64,000 bases of DNA from Candidatus Latescibacterota bacterium (GCA_965222605.1 OZ244960.1:5888001-5952000), one strand, 5' to 3'. Shown: positions 47,632-58,357, counted from the stretch's first letter. Numbers and translations are program-made. Notes: generated by a model not told the origin, from the letters alone.

Positions 47632-48615
47632 GTGAGACAATTTTGTTTGATACTCCTGCTTGCCGGAATGGGGGTGCTCCTGTCCGCACCTCCGGGCAGA
47701 GCGGATGTGCAAGAATTTGTGGATTACCGCTTTGACATGCACAAGTTCTCCGGCCTGGGCGGTTTTCAGTTTCTCAAGATCGGGCAGGGCGCACGACCCG
47801 TGGCCATGGGAGATGCGTATATGGCCGTGGCCGATGACATCAACGCGATTTTCTGGAATCCAGCGGGGCTGACCGAGATCCGCCGCCTGGCCTGGACGGC
47901 CACCTATACGAAGTGGTTGGTAGATTCTTATGTTTTTTCCGGAGCCGTGGCCTGGAACACGCGCACGGCCCTGGGCGGGGTGATCGGGATGAGCGTAATC
48001 GGCTTCCAGCCCGGCGAGATCGAAGAAACCACGATTTTCCAGCCGCTGGGCACGGGGCAGAATGTATCTTCTGGGGACATAGGTATCAGCGCGGTCTATG
48101 CGTTGAGGCTGACGGACAAGTTTTCGTTCGGTGCCCGGATATCCTGGCTGCACCAAACCCTTTATACATTTAGCATCAATCAGGTCTCTATCGATGTGGG
48201 GACGCATTTCCACACGGGCTTTAAGAGCCTGCGTCTGGGCATGGGGTTGCGGAACTTTGGTCCGGACAAAAGGGTTCTGTCGAGTACTTTTCTCATGCCA
48301 TTGCAGTACAATGTGGCACTGGCCGCAGAGGTGTTCGGACAGAAAGGCGATCCGACGTATCTGACGGTGTCGGGAGAGACGCTTTATGCCACGGATTACG
48401 ACCTGCGCGCTCTGGTGGGGGCCGAACTGTGGGTGCAGAATATGCTTGCACTGCGGGGTGGCTACAAGTTTGCCTACCAGACGGACAGTTACAGCCTGGG
48501 CGTGGGGCTGAAAAAGGAGATTGCCGGCGACCGGGCGTTGACCGTAGATATCGCTTATTCGAAGATGGAGTGGTTCACTGCTCCTATCCGGGTGACGATC
48601 GGGGGGGTGTTTTGA
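47632..48615 (+). CDS. PorV/PorQ (UPF0164) family outer-membrane barrel
   Basis: QFLKIGQGARPVAMGDAY.AVADD..AIFWNPAGL, LALRGGY, terminal F. Confidence 0.85.
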   Translation: MRQFCLILLLAGMGVLLSAPPGRADVQEFVDYRFDMHKFSGLGGFQFLKIGQGARPVAMGDAYMAVADDINAIFWNPAGLTEIRRLAWTATYTKWLVDSYVFSGAVAWNTRTALGGVIGMSVIGFQPGEIEETTIFQPLGTGQNVSSGDIGISAVYALRLTDKFSFGARISWLHQTLYTFSINQVSIDVGTHFHTGFKSLRLGMGLRNFGPDKRVLSSTFLMPLQYNVALAAEVFGQKGDPTYLTVSGETLYATDYDLRALVGAELWVQNMLALRGGYKFAYQTDSYSLGVGLKKEIAGDRALTVDIAYSKMEWFTAPIRVTIGGVF

Positions 48616-48719
48616 GAAAAGATCGATGGCTGACTGTTTTATAGACGACAAAGACAAGCGGGAGGGCTGTTCGGTCCGATGGGAAGTGCAATGGGCCGAA
48701 TAGCCCCTGACTCTACGGA

Positions 48720-48765
48720 CCGGCGGTTCTCTTTTTAAATAGAAGGGAACTGCCGGTTATTTTTG
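48720..48765 (+). terminator. Terminator-like long hairpin
   Basis: CCGGCGGTTCTCTTTT / AGAAGGGAACTGCCGG followed by TTATTTTTG. Confidence 0.5.
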
Positions 48766-48788
48766 TCTATACACAGGGAGGGCAGGGC

Positions 48789-49727
48789 GTGGATAAGCTT
48801 CGCATCTGTTATATCGGCGCGGGTCGGTTTACGAACCGGCGCAATTTTCCGCATCTCGCAGAGCACGACGTGGATCTCGTTGCGGTCTGCGATCTGGAAG
48901 AGGAGAAGGCGCGAAAAGCGCAGGAGGAGTACGGATTTGGAAAGGTGTACACCGATTTCCGGAAGATGCTGGAAAAAGAGAAACCGGATGCGGTTTTCTG
49001 CGTGGGGCCTCACCGGATGCACTACGGCGTGGGAAAGGAGGTGCTCGAGATGGGCTTCCCGCTTTACACGCAAAAACCGCCAGCGGCTAACGGGCAGATG
49101 GCGCAAGAGATGGCGGATATTTCGAAGCGCAAGGGCGTGGTAGCGCACACCGGATTCACGTTGCGATTTTCAAAGGCCTTTCGAGATATGAAGCGCGTGA
49201 TGAAAAACGAGGCATTCGGCAGACCGACGCTTTGCATTGTGCGGTACATGGTCCGGACCGGATCGGATCTGAGGGCTGCTGCTATCGATATGAACTCACA
49301 CGCGGTAGATGCTGGTCGGTTCTTTATGGGAGATATCGAGGAACTGAAGGTCGAAGGGGGGAGGCAGGAGGGCGTTCGCAGCTATGTGGCGACTGCGTCA
49401 TTCAAAAGCGGGGCTGTCGGGACCTTCAATTTCAGCTCGGGCATGATGGGAGGCGAGATTATGGATGTCCAGATCGTCGGAGAAGAGGGCCATGTGTTGA
49501 CCGATCGGCGCTATAAGGCGCCCGGAAAGCCCGAGGAGAGAATCGGAGTGCTCGAAGCGGGCCACGGACCGCACCATGCGTCCGGAAGTTGGTGGGATGT
49601 GGAGAATTATCTGAATGCGGTCCGTGGGGTGGAGGAAGATAGTTCTCCCATACAAAGCGCAGCGAGAACCATGCAGGATGTGGATGTGATTATCGCACAA
49701 CTCGAGGAGATGGGTGCTGCGCTTTGA
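48789..49727 (+). CDS. Gfo/Idh/MocA oxidoreductase
   Basis: IGAG, VAVCD, QKP, GFTLRF, D..SH.VD. Confidence 0.9.
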   Translation: MDKLRICYIGAGRFTNRRNFPHLAEHDVDLVAVCDLEEEKARKAQEEYGFGKVYTDFRKMLEKEKPDAVFCVGPHRMHYGVGKEVLEMGFPLYTQKPPAANGQMAQEMADISKRKGVVAHTGFTLRFSKAFRDMKRVMKNEAFGRPTLCIVRYMVRTGSDLRAAAIDMNSHAVDAGRFFMGDIEELKVEGGRQEGVRSYVATASFKSGAVGTFNFSSGMMGGEIMDVQIVGEEGHVLTDRRYKAPGKPEERIGVLEAGHGPHHASGSWWDVENYLNAVRGVEEDSSPIQSAARTMQDVDVIIAQLEEMGAAL

Positions 49728-49749
49728 TAGGTGCAAAGGAGGTATCTCG

Positions 49750-50553
49750 ATGGGGAGCAAGAAGGTGCTGTATTTCACACGGCATACGGTATATACTCTC
49801 AACGCGCTTCCAAGCCCTTTGAAGCCCCTGAAGGGGCCGAGCCTGTCGGATCAGGTGATGGTGGAGATCGGTGAGAAGGGTGGGTTCACAGTGGATTGCA
49901 CGCGGAACGGGGAGGTATTCGACGGCGATCTGAGTGCGTACGGAGCGTTTGTATTCTTCTCGTCGGGATCGCTTCAGCAGTTGATGGGAACAGAGAGCAC
50001 GCAGGGGTCACCCCCGATTTCCGAACGCGGCAAGGCGCGGTTTTTTCAGGCGTTGGTCGAAGGTGCCGGGTTCGTGGGGCTTCGGAATGCGGTTTCGTGT
50101 TCGCAGGACATCATCGGATGTTCCTACAACGGTCATGCGCCGACGCAGGAGGGGAGGATGGTGGTGAAGTCCCCAAATTTCCCCGGCCTTGAGAACGCAG
50201 CAGAGTCGTTCGCTATCCGGGATCCGTGGTACACGTTCAAGGCGTTCAAGAAGGATACGCATGTGATTCTCGCGCAGGATACTGAGGTGGCGAAGAAGGC
50301 TGAAGTGCCGCCCGAGCGGCAGGAGATGCATCAGAAGATTCTGCGTCCCCCGTATCCGGCCACCTGGGCTCGCGTGAATGGGAAGTCACGAGTGTTCTAC
50401 ACGAGCATGGGCAACTTCGACGAGACGTGGACCAATCCGATCTTCCAGGAGATGATGCTGGGAGCCATCGGATGGACGATGGGCTTAGTGGATGCCGACG
50501 TAAGCCCGAATATCGGTTGGGCTACGCCACAGGCGAACCAGACACAGTGGTAA
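49750..50553 (+). CDS. ThuA-like domain protein
   Basis: G.KGGFTV, FVFF, GAGFVG, YP.TWAR..GKSRVFYTSMG, F..M.LGAI.W. Confidence 0.78.
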   Translation: MGSKKVLYFTRHTVYTLNALPSPLKPLKGPSLSDQVMVEIGEKGGFTVDCTRNGEVFDGDLSAYGAFVFFSSGSLQQLMGTESTQGSPPISERGKARFFQALVEGAGFVGLRNAVSCSQDIIGCSYNGHAPTQEGRMVVKSPNFPGLENAAESFAIRDPWYTFKAFKKDTHVILAQDTEVAKKAEVPPERQEMHQKILRPPYPATWARVNGKSRVFYTSMGNFDETWTNPIFQEMMLGAIGWTMGLVDADVSPNIGWATPQANQTQW

Positions 50554-50564
50554 AAGGAGTCGAT

Positions 50565-51782
50565 ATGGCCAGGGTTGTCGTCGGTTTTGAGGGAAGCTGT
50601 CCGCAAAGCGAGGAGGGCGTGCGAGAGGAGGGCGAGAATCGGTTTCGCATTTTTCCTTCGTGGCGCCCGAGCCCGGGGATCAGCGAAGAGGCCGTGGGTC
50701 ATAGTACCCGGCTGGGTCTGAAATTGGTGAATGAATCGCAGGCGGATGAGACTGTGGTGCTCCTGATAGACTGGCAGTGCGACGAAGCGCCGCCGGATAT
50801 GCCCCGGGGTTTCAGCCCGAGCACGTATATGTCCTACCGCGATTTCATAGTCGTCCGAGAGCCGGAGCACGAGGCGTGGCGCACGGTGATGGGGGATGTG
50901 GAAGGTTCGGTGGCCGAATTCGAGTTGAATATTCCACCGGGTGAGACGGAGGTTCACTGGCATCCGCCATATACATATACGCAGAGTGAAGCGTTTGTAG
51001 ATTCGCTTCGGGCGCATCCGCTGGTGCAGGTTGAGCAGATCGGGAAGAGCGAAGAGGGGCGCAATCTGCCGCTTTTGCGAATTACAGATTCGGGGAAACG
51101 CGCGAAGACGCGCGTGCTGATCGTTTCGCGCTTCCACGCGTATGAGAGCGCGTCGAGCTATGCGATAGAGGGAATGATCCAGTGGCTTTTGAGCGAAGAT
51201 GCGTGGGCGATTGCGGCGCTGCGGCGCTACGTCTTTTACATCGTTCCGATGGCCAATCCGGATGGGGTGGTGAACGGTATGGGACGGTTGACCGCCCCCC
51301 AGGGTGCAGACCTGATTATGTCATCTACAGCGCAGGACAAGGCGCACCGGGCGCTCTGGGAGATGGTGGATCGGGTTAAGCCTCAATTTTGTATCGGTCT
51401 GCACAACTGGCAGAACAAACACAGCGATGGACTCCTGGGGCTGGAGCCTCGTCTTCGGGATCGATTCCTGAAGTTTATGCCCGATCAGGTCGAATTTGGC
51501 AAACAGTGGCATATCCGAGAGCCTCGGCCGGTAAGCCCTACACGACCGCAGCGCGAGTTGATGGGGGAGTATTGCCGCCGCGAGTTCGGTACAAAGGGCG
51601 TGGGGTTCGAGTTTCCCTGGTTTGGCAGAACGCCGGATGACGTGCGGGAGACCGGGCGAAAGACGATCTGGGCATTGTTTCGGGCGCTGGATGAGCCTTC
51701 GCCGGGTGCCTGGCTTTACGATCCTCCCGAGAAGTTTACGCTGAGCAGTTACTGGGAAAGTGGAGAGGACGAGACGGGCTGA
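50565..51782 (+). CDS. M14-family zinc carboxypeptidase-like hydrolase
   Basis: IGKSEEGR, HAYE (HxxE), PMANPDG, LHNW. Confidence 0.82.
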   Translation: MARVVVGFEGSCPQSEEGVREEGENRFRIFPSWRPSPGISEEAVGHSTRLGLKLVNESQADETVVLLIDWQCDEAPPDMPRGFSPSTYMSYRDFIVVREPEHEAWRTVMGDVEGSVAEFELNIPPGETEVHWHPPYTYTQSEAFVDSLRAHPLVQVEQIGKSEEGRNLPLLRITDSGKRAKTRVLIVSRFHAYESASSYAIEGMIQWLLSEDAWAIAALRRYVFYIVPMANPDGVVNGMGRLTAPQGADLIMSSTAQDKAHRALWEMVDRVKPQFCIGLHNWQNKHSDGLLGLEPRLRDRFLKFMPDQVEFGKQWHIREPRPVSPTRPQRELMGEYCRREFGTKGVGFEFPWFGRTPDDVRETGRKTIWALFRALDEPSPGAWLYDPPEKFTLSSYWESGEDETG

Positions 51783-51815
51783 ACGCGCTGCTGCGCGATG
51801 AGAAGGAGAGATAGC

Positions 51816-52688
51816 ATGTCGCTGCCCATTATCATGCATGTGAACTACTGCGAACAGGGCCAGACAATTCCAGAGATGTGCCGCAAGGCGGTGGCCTGGG
51901 GGTTTGACGGGATCGAGTTCCGGCGAGTGCGCCGGGGAGTTGACGAGACACCGGAAGCGTATGTAGATGAAGTAGCCATATCAGCGGAGGATGCGGGCCT
52001 CGAGCATGTGCTCTTCGGGGGACCGGGGGTCAACCTGGCGACGGAGGATGCAGCGGAGCGAAAGGCGCAGGTCGAGGAAGGTATGCATTTCTACCGGGTA
52101 GCAGCCGAACGCGTCAAATTGACTGTGTGCAATGTGGGCGCAGGAAGCATACCGAGGAGAGACCGACGTGCTCCTTCCTGGAATTACCACGCGAGTGGAT
52201 CGGGGGCGGCAACGGAGGATCACTATAAGTGGGCGGCCGAAGGCTACCGCGAGCTGGGCGCGGTGGCCGAGGAATTCGGGTTCAAAATGGCGTTCGAAAC
52301 GCATATGGGATGTCTGACGGACCTTCCAGAGCCAACGGCAAAGCTGCTGGATATGATCGATTCACCGGCAGTGGGGGCGAATCTGGATTACGGCAATATG
52401 GCGTATTTTGCCAAAGCACCCTCACTGAACGAGGCGATTTCCGCGCTGAGCGGACGGATATACATGGTGCATTTGAAGAATGCCCACGCAATCAATGTGG
52501 GCGATCACACGGTGATGGTCAAGTGCCCGCTGGGCGAGGGGATGATTAATAACCGGGAATTCCTGCGGCTGTTGCGGGAGGATGGGTTCGACGGGCCGAT
52601 CTGTATCGAGGCGCCCAGGCAGGGGGACCGGGAGTGGTTCGCGCAGCAGGATATCCACTATCTGAAATCGGTGCTGAGCGATGGCTGA
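51816..52688 (+). CDS. Sugar phosphate isomerase/epimerase (xylose-isomerase-like TIM barrel)
   Basis: GFDGIE, FETH, NLDYGN, VHLKN, LGEG, ICIE. Confidence 0.9.
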   Translation: MSLPIIMHVNYCEQGQTIPEMCRKAVAWGFDGIEFRRVRRGVDETPEAYVDEVAISAEDAGLEHVLFGGPGVNLATEDAAERKAQVEEGMHFYRVAAERVKLTVCNVGAGSIPRRDRRAPSWNYHASGSGAATEDHYKWAAEGYRELGAVAEEFGFKMAFETHMGCLTDLPEPTAKLLDMIDSPAVGANLDYGNMAYFAKAPSLNEAISALSGRIYMVHLKNAHAINVGDHTVMVKCPLGEGMINNREFLRLLREDGFDGPICIEAPRQGDREWFAQQDIHYLKSVLSDG

Positions 52689-52736
52689 GGTGGAGATAAA
52701 GGCCGTTCGGTCCGAACTGGATGGACGAATCGACAT

Positions 52737-55148
52737 ATGAACGATGTAAACACATCTGCGGTGGCCAATGCCGCGCGGTTCGAGCACGCGGAGCCAGGAC
52801 CGCACCGTAGCTCGGCAAACGCCATAGCGGGATGGCTGGGCGGGATTCTCACGATGGTGGTTTGTCTTGCTGGAGTCTGGGAGGAACTTGCGAAGATGAG
52901 ACTGATAACTATGGATGTATCTGCTACGGAGGTGCCCGATGTGCTGGACGCCTATCTCGACCGCAATTACTACACCACAGAAGATGTTGCCCGTCTCGCG
53001 GCCTCATTCCATCCGGGAGCCTCGAGGGCGCGGACCGACGACTTGAGGCTCTCTGTGTCTCTGATCGATGAGGGCGGCGAGGTGATCTCCACGCATGAAC
53101 TCAGGGTCGCTACGGCGGATGCGACCGCACCCGTCACGGAAGAGTTGCCTCCCAACGCCTATGTATCCCTTGTCCAGGCGAGGGAGGAATCGCAGATTGA
53201 GTTGCCCATTCGCGAACTCCCACCCGGACGCCACCGGGTACGCTTGCGACTGGGCGGTAGATCCCGCAAGCCTGCGACCGAGCTGAACCTGCCTCTGCTC
53301 AAACATCCCCCTGCCGAGGAAGGGACGACGGAGGTCAAAGTCGATCAGGTGAACCAGACACTGCTGGTGGATGGGAAGCCATTCTTCCCGGTAGGGATGG
53401 TGAGCCTGGAGATGGACGAGGCGACCCTGAAGCTGTATCGGGAGGCGGGATTTAATACCGTCATCCGTTGGTGGGGGATGGGCCGTGCTCATCCCATTTC
53501 CAGCGCGCTGGAGACACTGGAGGAAGCTCGCCGCAACGGGATCTATGTGGTAGAGCACCCGCTTTCCTTCACCGCACAGGAGCGCAAGCTGCTCTACCGC
53601 TCGCCTACCTTTCCTCAGGACTTTAAGGAGGCCGTGGGGGAGATCCCCGAATTCATCCGCGCCGTGCGGGGCCATCCTTCGGTGATCGCCTACTACGGCC
53701 CGGACGAGCCGCACCAGCCCTGGGACAAATCGCCCGAGCTGCTCGAGGATTTCTACGACGCGGTCCACGACCTGGATCCTCACCATCCGGTCTATATCTC
53801 CGGGTCGAGGCGGATCGACGCCGACTGGTACCGGATTGCCGATGTGCTGGGCGTGCATGTCTATTGGAGCCCTGTTGTCGGAGTGATTCCCGCGTACGAC
53901 TATATGAACCATCGCCCCAACTACATGGCGCGATGTGCCGAGGCTGCCAGGCGGATCACGGAGCCGCGGCGCCAGCCTCTGCTGATGATACCGCAAGGAG
54001 AGCTCTACTCGGGATCGCGGCGGCCACACACGCCTCAGGAGCGCCGCTTGAACGTCTATCTGGCACTCATCCACGGAGCCAAGTCGATCCTGTACTTCGC
54101 GTCTCCGATCCGCCACCGAGTGACCTACGAGGACATGAAAACACTTTCGGCTGAGCTCCACGCGATGGTACCCTCGCTGCTTACGCGTACTCCCCCGCAG
54201 CGTATCGTGGTGGAGTACGCGCCTTCGCCGCCTGAGGCATTCCCGGTTGTCCAGGCTTTGTACAAGGATTGCCCTGAGGGGGGTGGGCTACTCCTGGCGG
54301 CCAACAGCAGCCCACGCGCCGTTGAAGCCAGGTGGGACCTGTTTGCGGTGGGGGGGATGGCACGGGTGACGGATTTCTTCGACAATCGGGAACTCGAAGT
54401 GCGAGACGGTATCTTCTCCGACCGCCTGGAAGGTTACGCGACGCGTGCCTATCGGGTATCCGGAACCGCGAGAAAACCGGGTACGTGGGTGGACATCCGC
54501 GTGAGCCTGTCGGGCGAGGGCGTGGACGCGGCACCGGACACTGTGGAAAGACCGGGACCATCGAAGAATCTCCTGGCCAACTCGAGCTTCGAAGAAGCCG
54601 CCCTGCCAGGCTGGCCGGACTGCTGGGAACTCTCGAGGGGAGGGCTTTCGCCCACGGCGATGGTGGGGGACCCCGGAGCACCGGGACAGGACAGCACGAC
54701 CGCCCAACACGGCCGGCATTCGCTCAAGATCCTCGGCGCAAAGGACCGCACGAGAAGCGCCCGTGTCACCTACAAGCACCCGTATCCCGAAGCGAAGCGG
54801 AGGCACCCCGGACTGCCCGTGGAGCGAGGTCGAACCTATGTGCTGTCGGTCTATCTCAAGGCAGAACACCCGGGGACGAAAGCCCGTCTGGAAGTCGCGA
54901 ACTTCCATGGGGATGGACGCTTCCGGCAGGAGATCGGGCTGAGTTCCAACTGGCAGAGATATCAGCTAATCTGCGCTATTCCCGGATCCGGTGAGAAGAT
55001 GGACTGGTCGGCGGTGTGGATCCGGTTGGCTAATCTGGGAACGGGGGCGATCTGGGTAGATGCAGTCCAGTTCGAGGCCGGGGAGCGGGTGACGGCGTAT
55101 GCGCCCGACGGGTATTTGGCCTCACTAAGCACGGAATATGCCGAATGA
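52737..55148 (+). CDS. Putative glycoside-hydrolase-like TIM barrel with C-terminal CBM4/9-like domain
   Basis: VDGKPFFPVG, AGFNTV, HPSVIAYY..DEP, DPHHP, IHGAK; NLLANSSFE...WVDAVQFE; start uncertain. Confidence 0.65.
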   Translation: MNDVNTSAVANAARFEHAEPGPHRSSANAIAGWLGGILTMVVCLAGVWEELAKMRLITMDVSATEVPDVLDAYLDRNYYTTEDVARLAASFHPGASRARTDDLRLSVSLIDEGGEVISTHELRVATADATAPVTEELPPNAYVSLVQAREESQIELPIRELPPGRHRVRLRLGGRSRKPATELNLPLLKHPPAEEGTTEVKVDQVNQTLLVDGKPFFPVGMVSLEMDEATLKLYREAGFNTVIRWWGMGRAHPISSALETLEEARRNGIYVVEHPLSFTAQERKLLYRSPTFPQDFKEAVGEIPEFIRAVRGHPSVIAYYGPDEPHQPWDKSPELLEDFYDAVHDLDPHHPVYISGSRRIDADWYRIADVLGVHVYWSPVVGVIPAYDYMNHRPNYMARCAEAARRITEPRRQPLLMIPQGELYSGSRRPHTPQERRLNVYLALIHGAKSILYFASPIRHRVTYEDMKTLSAELHAMVPSLLTRTPPQRIVVEYAPSPPEAFPVVQALYKDCPEGGGLLLAANSSPRAVEARWDLFAVGGMARVTDFFDNRELEVRDGIFSDRLEGYATRAYRVSGTARKPGTWVDIRVSLSGEGVDAAPDTVERPGPSKNLLANSSFEEAALPGWPDCWELSRGGLSPTAMVGDPGAPGQDSTTAQHGRHSLKILGAKDRTRSARVTYKHPYPEAKRRHPGLPVERGRTYVLSVYLKAEHPGTKARLEVANFHGDGRFRQEIGLSSNWQRYQLICAIPGSGEKMDWSAVWIRLANLGTGAIWVDAVQFEAGERVTAYAPDGYLASLSTEYAE

Positions 55149-55203
55149 ACCAGCGGTATGCAGCACTATGGATCTGGCTGCGTAAGTATATATTTATGGA
55201 GGG

Positions 55204-57240
55204 TTGATGATGGAGAATATCTTACTGGCAAAGATCGACTTGACAGGATGCCCGGAGGGGCTGGTGTTCGACCTGCCGGGGGTGGACTGGAGTATCGAGG
55301 ACCGCTACCTTTCCGACTGGGAATGTCCTCTGGCCCGGACGCGCAGTAAGGAGCGTGGCCCCGGCAGGCCGAGCGCATACCGCGTGCTGGAGCAAAACGG
55401 CAGGACGGTGCTCGACCATGTAAATATGACGGACCGACCGCTGGTGGTGGGCGACTTTCTCTGGCGGAACTACGCGATCGAGGGCCAGATCCGCCAGATG
55501 GCGAGCACGAGCGAGCCGAACTCGGACGATCCCTACTGCTTCGTGGGTCGAAGTGGGCTGATGTTCCGGTACCGGACGCTGGGTCAGTATTATTTCTTCT
55601 GCATCGAAGGCTTTGACCGGTTGGTGCTCTACCGGCGGGAACACGCACACTGGCATGTGCTGGATGAGCTGAGGATGCCGGTGGACCGGGGCATCTTTTA
55701 CCACCTGAAGGCCGAGTGTCAGGGAGACCGGATCGTGTGTAGCTGCGACGGACAGCAGTGCCTGGTGGTGAACGACAGCGCTTATGAGACCGGACGTGCG
55801 GGGATCCGGACATGCACGCGGGCGCAGTTCTACGATGTCAAGGTCACGACTACGGCCTCACAGAAGGCGGCGTTCGTCAACACGCGGAGCCGGTACGAGA
55901 AGGAAGTGGCGGCCGAGCGGGAGAAGTACCCGAAGCCGGTGCTGTGGCAGGTGATCGACACGAAGGCGTTCGGCGGTGGGGTGCCCGTGTTCGGGGACAT
56001 CCGGGGCAGCGGCAAAACGGAGCTTATGTTGATGCAGGATGCCGGGGACGGGAATGAGGCACCCCGAATCCGGGCGGTGAGTCTGCAGGGAGAGCAGGTC
56101 TGGGAGATGGCCTATCCGAATCTGAAAACGGTTGCCCCGACTCGGACGGTGATCCAAGATATCGATGGGGACGGGGTGAAGGAATTAGTGTCGGCGGGTG
56201 GGAATCGCCTGTCGATTGTGAATGCGATGACAGGTGAACTGAAGGCGGAGGCACCGCTGCCCGATCCCGGGCCGTTCCTGGTGCCGCGCGGACAGCCGTT
56301 GACCGACGAGTATCTCCATGTGCAGAAGGCCCTGATCCCGTGCAATCTGAGGGGGCATTCGGGCGCGCAGGATTTTATACTCAGAGACGGGGTCTCGGGC
56401 GGGAGTGGCTGGACGATCTGGGCGTATGACCAGGACCTCAACCTTCTCTGGCGACAGCGTGCCGATGCGCCCTGGTACGGGCATTCGGTCTATTTCCACG
56501 ACGTAGATGGCGATGGCCGGGACGAGGTGCTGTCGGGCTATCACCTCTACGATGGCGACGGGCATCTGGTCTGGCGCATGGAGGGTGCGGAGTACCTGCC
56601 CATGCACGATCATGTGGACAATGTGGTCTTCGGAGAGATCGACGGGGATGAGGGGAACGGTCCCGAGATAGGCATTGCCGGAAGCAGCGAGGGATTCTTC
56701 TATGTGGATGCCCGCGACGGCCGTGTACTGCGGCAGTATCGGATGGGGCACACACAGGATGTGTACGCGGGGAACTTCCGGCCGGATCTGCCGGGACTTG
56801 AGATGTGGGCCGGTGACCGGTGGGATTCCTACGGCCTGCTGGTGCAGTTCAGCGGGACAGCGGAGCCGCTTCTCTCGCTGGAGCCCGATAACGAGAGCCA
56901 GTCGGGACCCGCGGTGAACTGGGGGGGAGACGGGCAGGAATTGCTGCTACTAACCACAACGTATCAGGCGCTCGGGATGTTCGATGGTTATGGGCGGAAG
57001 GTAGTGGAGTTCCCGACCGACGGACTCGCGTTGCCTCCGGGGAAGCCGTTCTGGCGCACATGGATTCTTGCGGAACGGATGGATCTCACGGGAGACGCCA
57101 GGGATGAGGTCGTACTGACCTGCGATGGTGTTCTCTACATCTACACGCAGGACACGCCCTATCCCGAAGGTGAGAAGATCTACGCGCCGGTCAGGAGCGG
57201 GCATCTCTCTTCCCCAAACTGGGAAATCAATGGAGAATGA
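55204..57240 (+). CDS. Concanavalin-like N-domain plus FG-GAP beta-propeller (PL11-like) protein
   Basis: DIDGDGVKE, GHS..HDVDGDGRDE, HDHVD, GHTQ...NFRPDLPGLE, DLTGDARDE. Confidence 0.68.
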   Translation: MMMENILLAKIDLTGCPEGLVFDLPGVDWSIEDRYLSDWECPLARTRSKERGPGRPSAYRVLEQNGRTVLDHVNMTDRPLVVGDFLWRNYAIEGQIRQMASTSEPNSDDPYCFVGRSGLMFRYRTLGQYYFFCIEGFDRLVLYRREHAHWHVLDELRMPVDRGIFYHLKAECQGDRIVCSCDGQQCLVVNDSAYETGRAGIRTCTRAQFYDVKVTTTASQKAAFVNTRSRYEKEVAAEREKYPKPVLWQVIDTKAFGGGVPVFGDIRGSGKTELMLMQDAGDGNEAPRIRAVSLQGEQVWEMAYPNLKTVAPTRTVIQDIDGDGVKELVSAGGNRLSIVNAMTGELKAEAPLPDPGPFLVPRGQPLTDEYLHVQKALIPCNLRGHSGAQDFILRDGVSGGSGWTIWAYDQDLNLLWRQRADAPWYGHSVYFHDVDGDGRDEVLSGYHLYDGDGHLVWRMEGAEYLPMHDHVDNVVFGEIDGDEGNGPEIGIAGSSEGFFYVDARDGRVLRQYRMGHTQDVYAGNFRPDLPGLEMWAGDRWDSYGLLVQFSGTAEPLLSLEPDNESQSGPAVNWGGDGQELLLLTTTYQALGMFDGYGRKVVEFPTDGLALPPGKPFWRTWILAERMDLTGDARDEVVLTCDGVLYIYTQDTPYPEGEKIYAPVRSGHLSSPNWEINGE

Positions 57241-57277
57241 ATTCAGAGTGCCCACAAAAACAGGAGAGGTGAGGGCG

Positions 57278-58297
57278 ATGCAATGGATTTTGTTCGGTGT
57301 CTTGTTGACCACTCTGATGGTGGGAAGCGTGCGTGTTGTTTTTGCACGGGCAGACTCTGAGCGCAAATACGAGTGGTGCCGCGTCACCGGCGAAGCTGCA
57401 TTCGCGGCTCGAGATGGTGCTGGCGCACTGGTGTTCAACGATAGAATGTGGCTGCTGGGCGGATGGAATCCCGGGGATAAAGTCCATTTCCCTCTGATCT
57501 GCAACAGTGAGGTCTGGTCGTCGGCCGATGGTGCCTCCTGGACGCTTGAGAATCCTCATGCGCCGTGGGAGGGGAGGCATACGGCCGGATATGTGGTGCA
57601 TGACGGTCGGATGTGGATCGTGGGCGGCGATTGCAATCAAGGTCATTACCAGAACGATGTTTGGAGCAGTACTGACGGTGTTCAATGGGACCTGGTGAAT
57701 GATCGCGTGCCGTGGGCTTCCCGAGCGCTCCATTATACCCTGGCCTTCGACGGCCAGATCTGGGTGATGGGCGGGCAGACGATGCCCGATTTTGCAGGCG
57801 GGGATGAGGTCTTCTACAACGATGTGTGGCGTTCGAAAGATGGGGTGAACTGGACCCGGGTTACTGAGAGCGCTCCATGGGCACCCAGAGGGATGATCGG
57901 GGGAGCCGTTGTGCATAAGAACAGGATGTGGATTCTGGGTGGGGGCACATACGATACCCCTGCAACTCCTACCCGAAATTTTTATAATGATGTGTGGAGT
58001 TCGGAAGATGGGGTGAACTGGGAACAGCACCTGACGCACGCTCCGTGGGCACCCAGGCAATACCACGAGGTGGCCACATTCGACGACCGTATGTGGGTGC
58101 TGGAGGGCTATGGAAGAGAGAGTGGCAATCGCCGCGATGTGTGGTATTCTACCGATGGCGTAAACTGGACCGAATTGCCCGATACCCCCTGGGCACCCAG
58201 GCACGCGGCGAGTGTGTTCGTTTGCGATGGGTCGCTGTGGATGGTGGCGGGGAATAATATGGAGCCGGATATCTGGCGGCTTTCGCGCAGGGAATAG
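57278..58297 (+). CDS. Exported Kelch-repeat beta-propeller protein
   Basis: Six repeats of APW..R......RMW..GG...NDVWSS.DG..W; signal-like N-terminus. Confidence 0.85.
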   Translation: MQWILFGVLLTTLMVGSVRVVFARADSERKYEWCRVTGEAAFAARDGAGALVFNDRMWLLGGWNPGDKVHFPLICNSEVWSSADGASWTLENPHAPWEGRHTAGYVVHDGRMWIVGGDCNQGHYQNDVWSSTDGVQWDLVNDRVPWASRALHYTLAFDGQIWVMGGQTMPDFAGGDEVFYNDVWRSKDGVNWTRVTESAPWAPRGMIGGAVVHKNRMWILGGGTYDTPATPTRNFYNDVWSSEDGVNWEQHLTHAPWAPRQYHEVATFDDRMWVLEGYGRESGNRRDVWYSTDGVNWTELPDTPWAPRHAASVFVCDGSLWMVAGNNMEPDIWRLSRRE

Positions 58298-58357
58298 CGG
58301 GGAGTTTTTTCTTGAAGCTATTGCAATCACGCATTTTATGAATGAAGAGGTCGAGAG

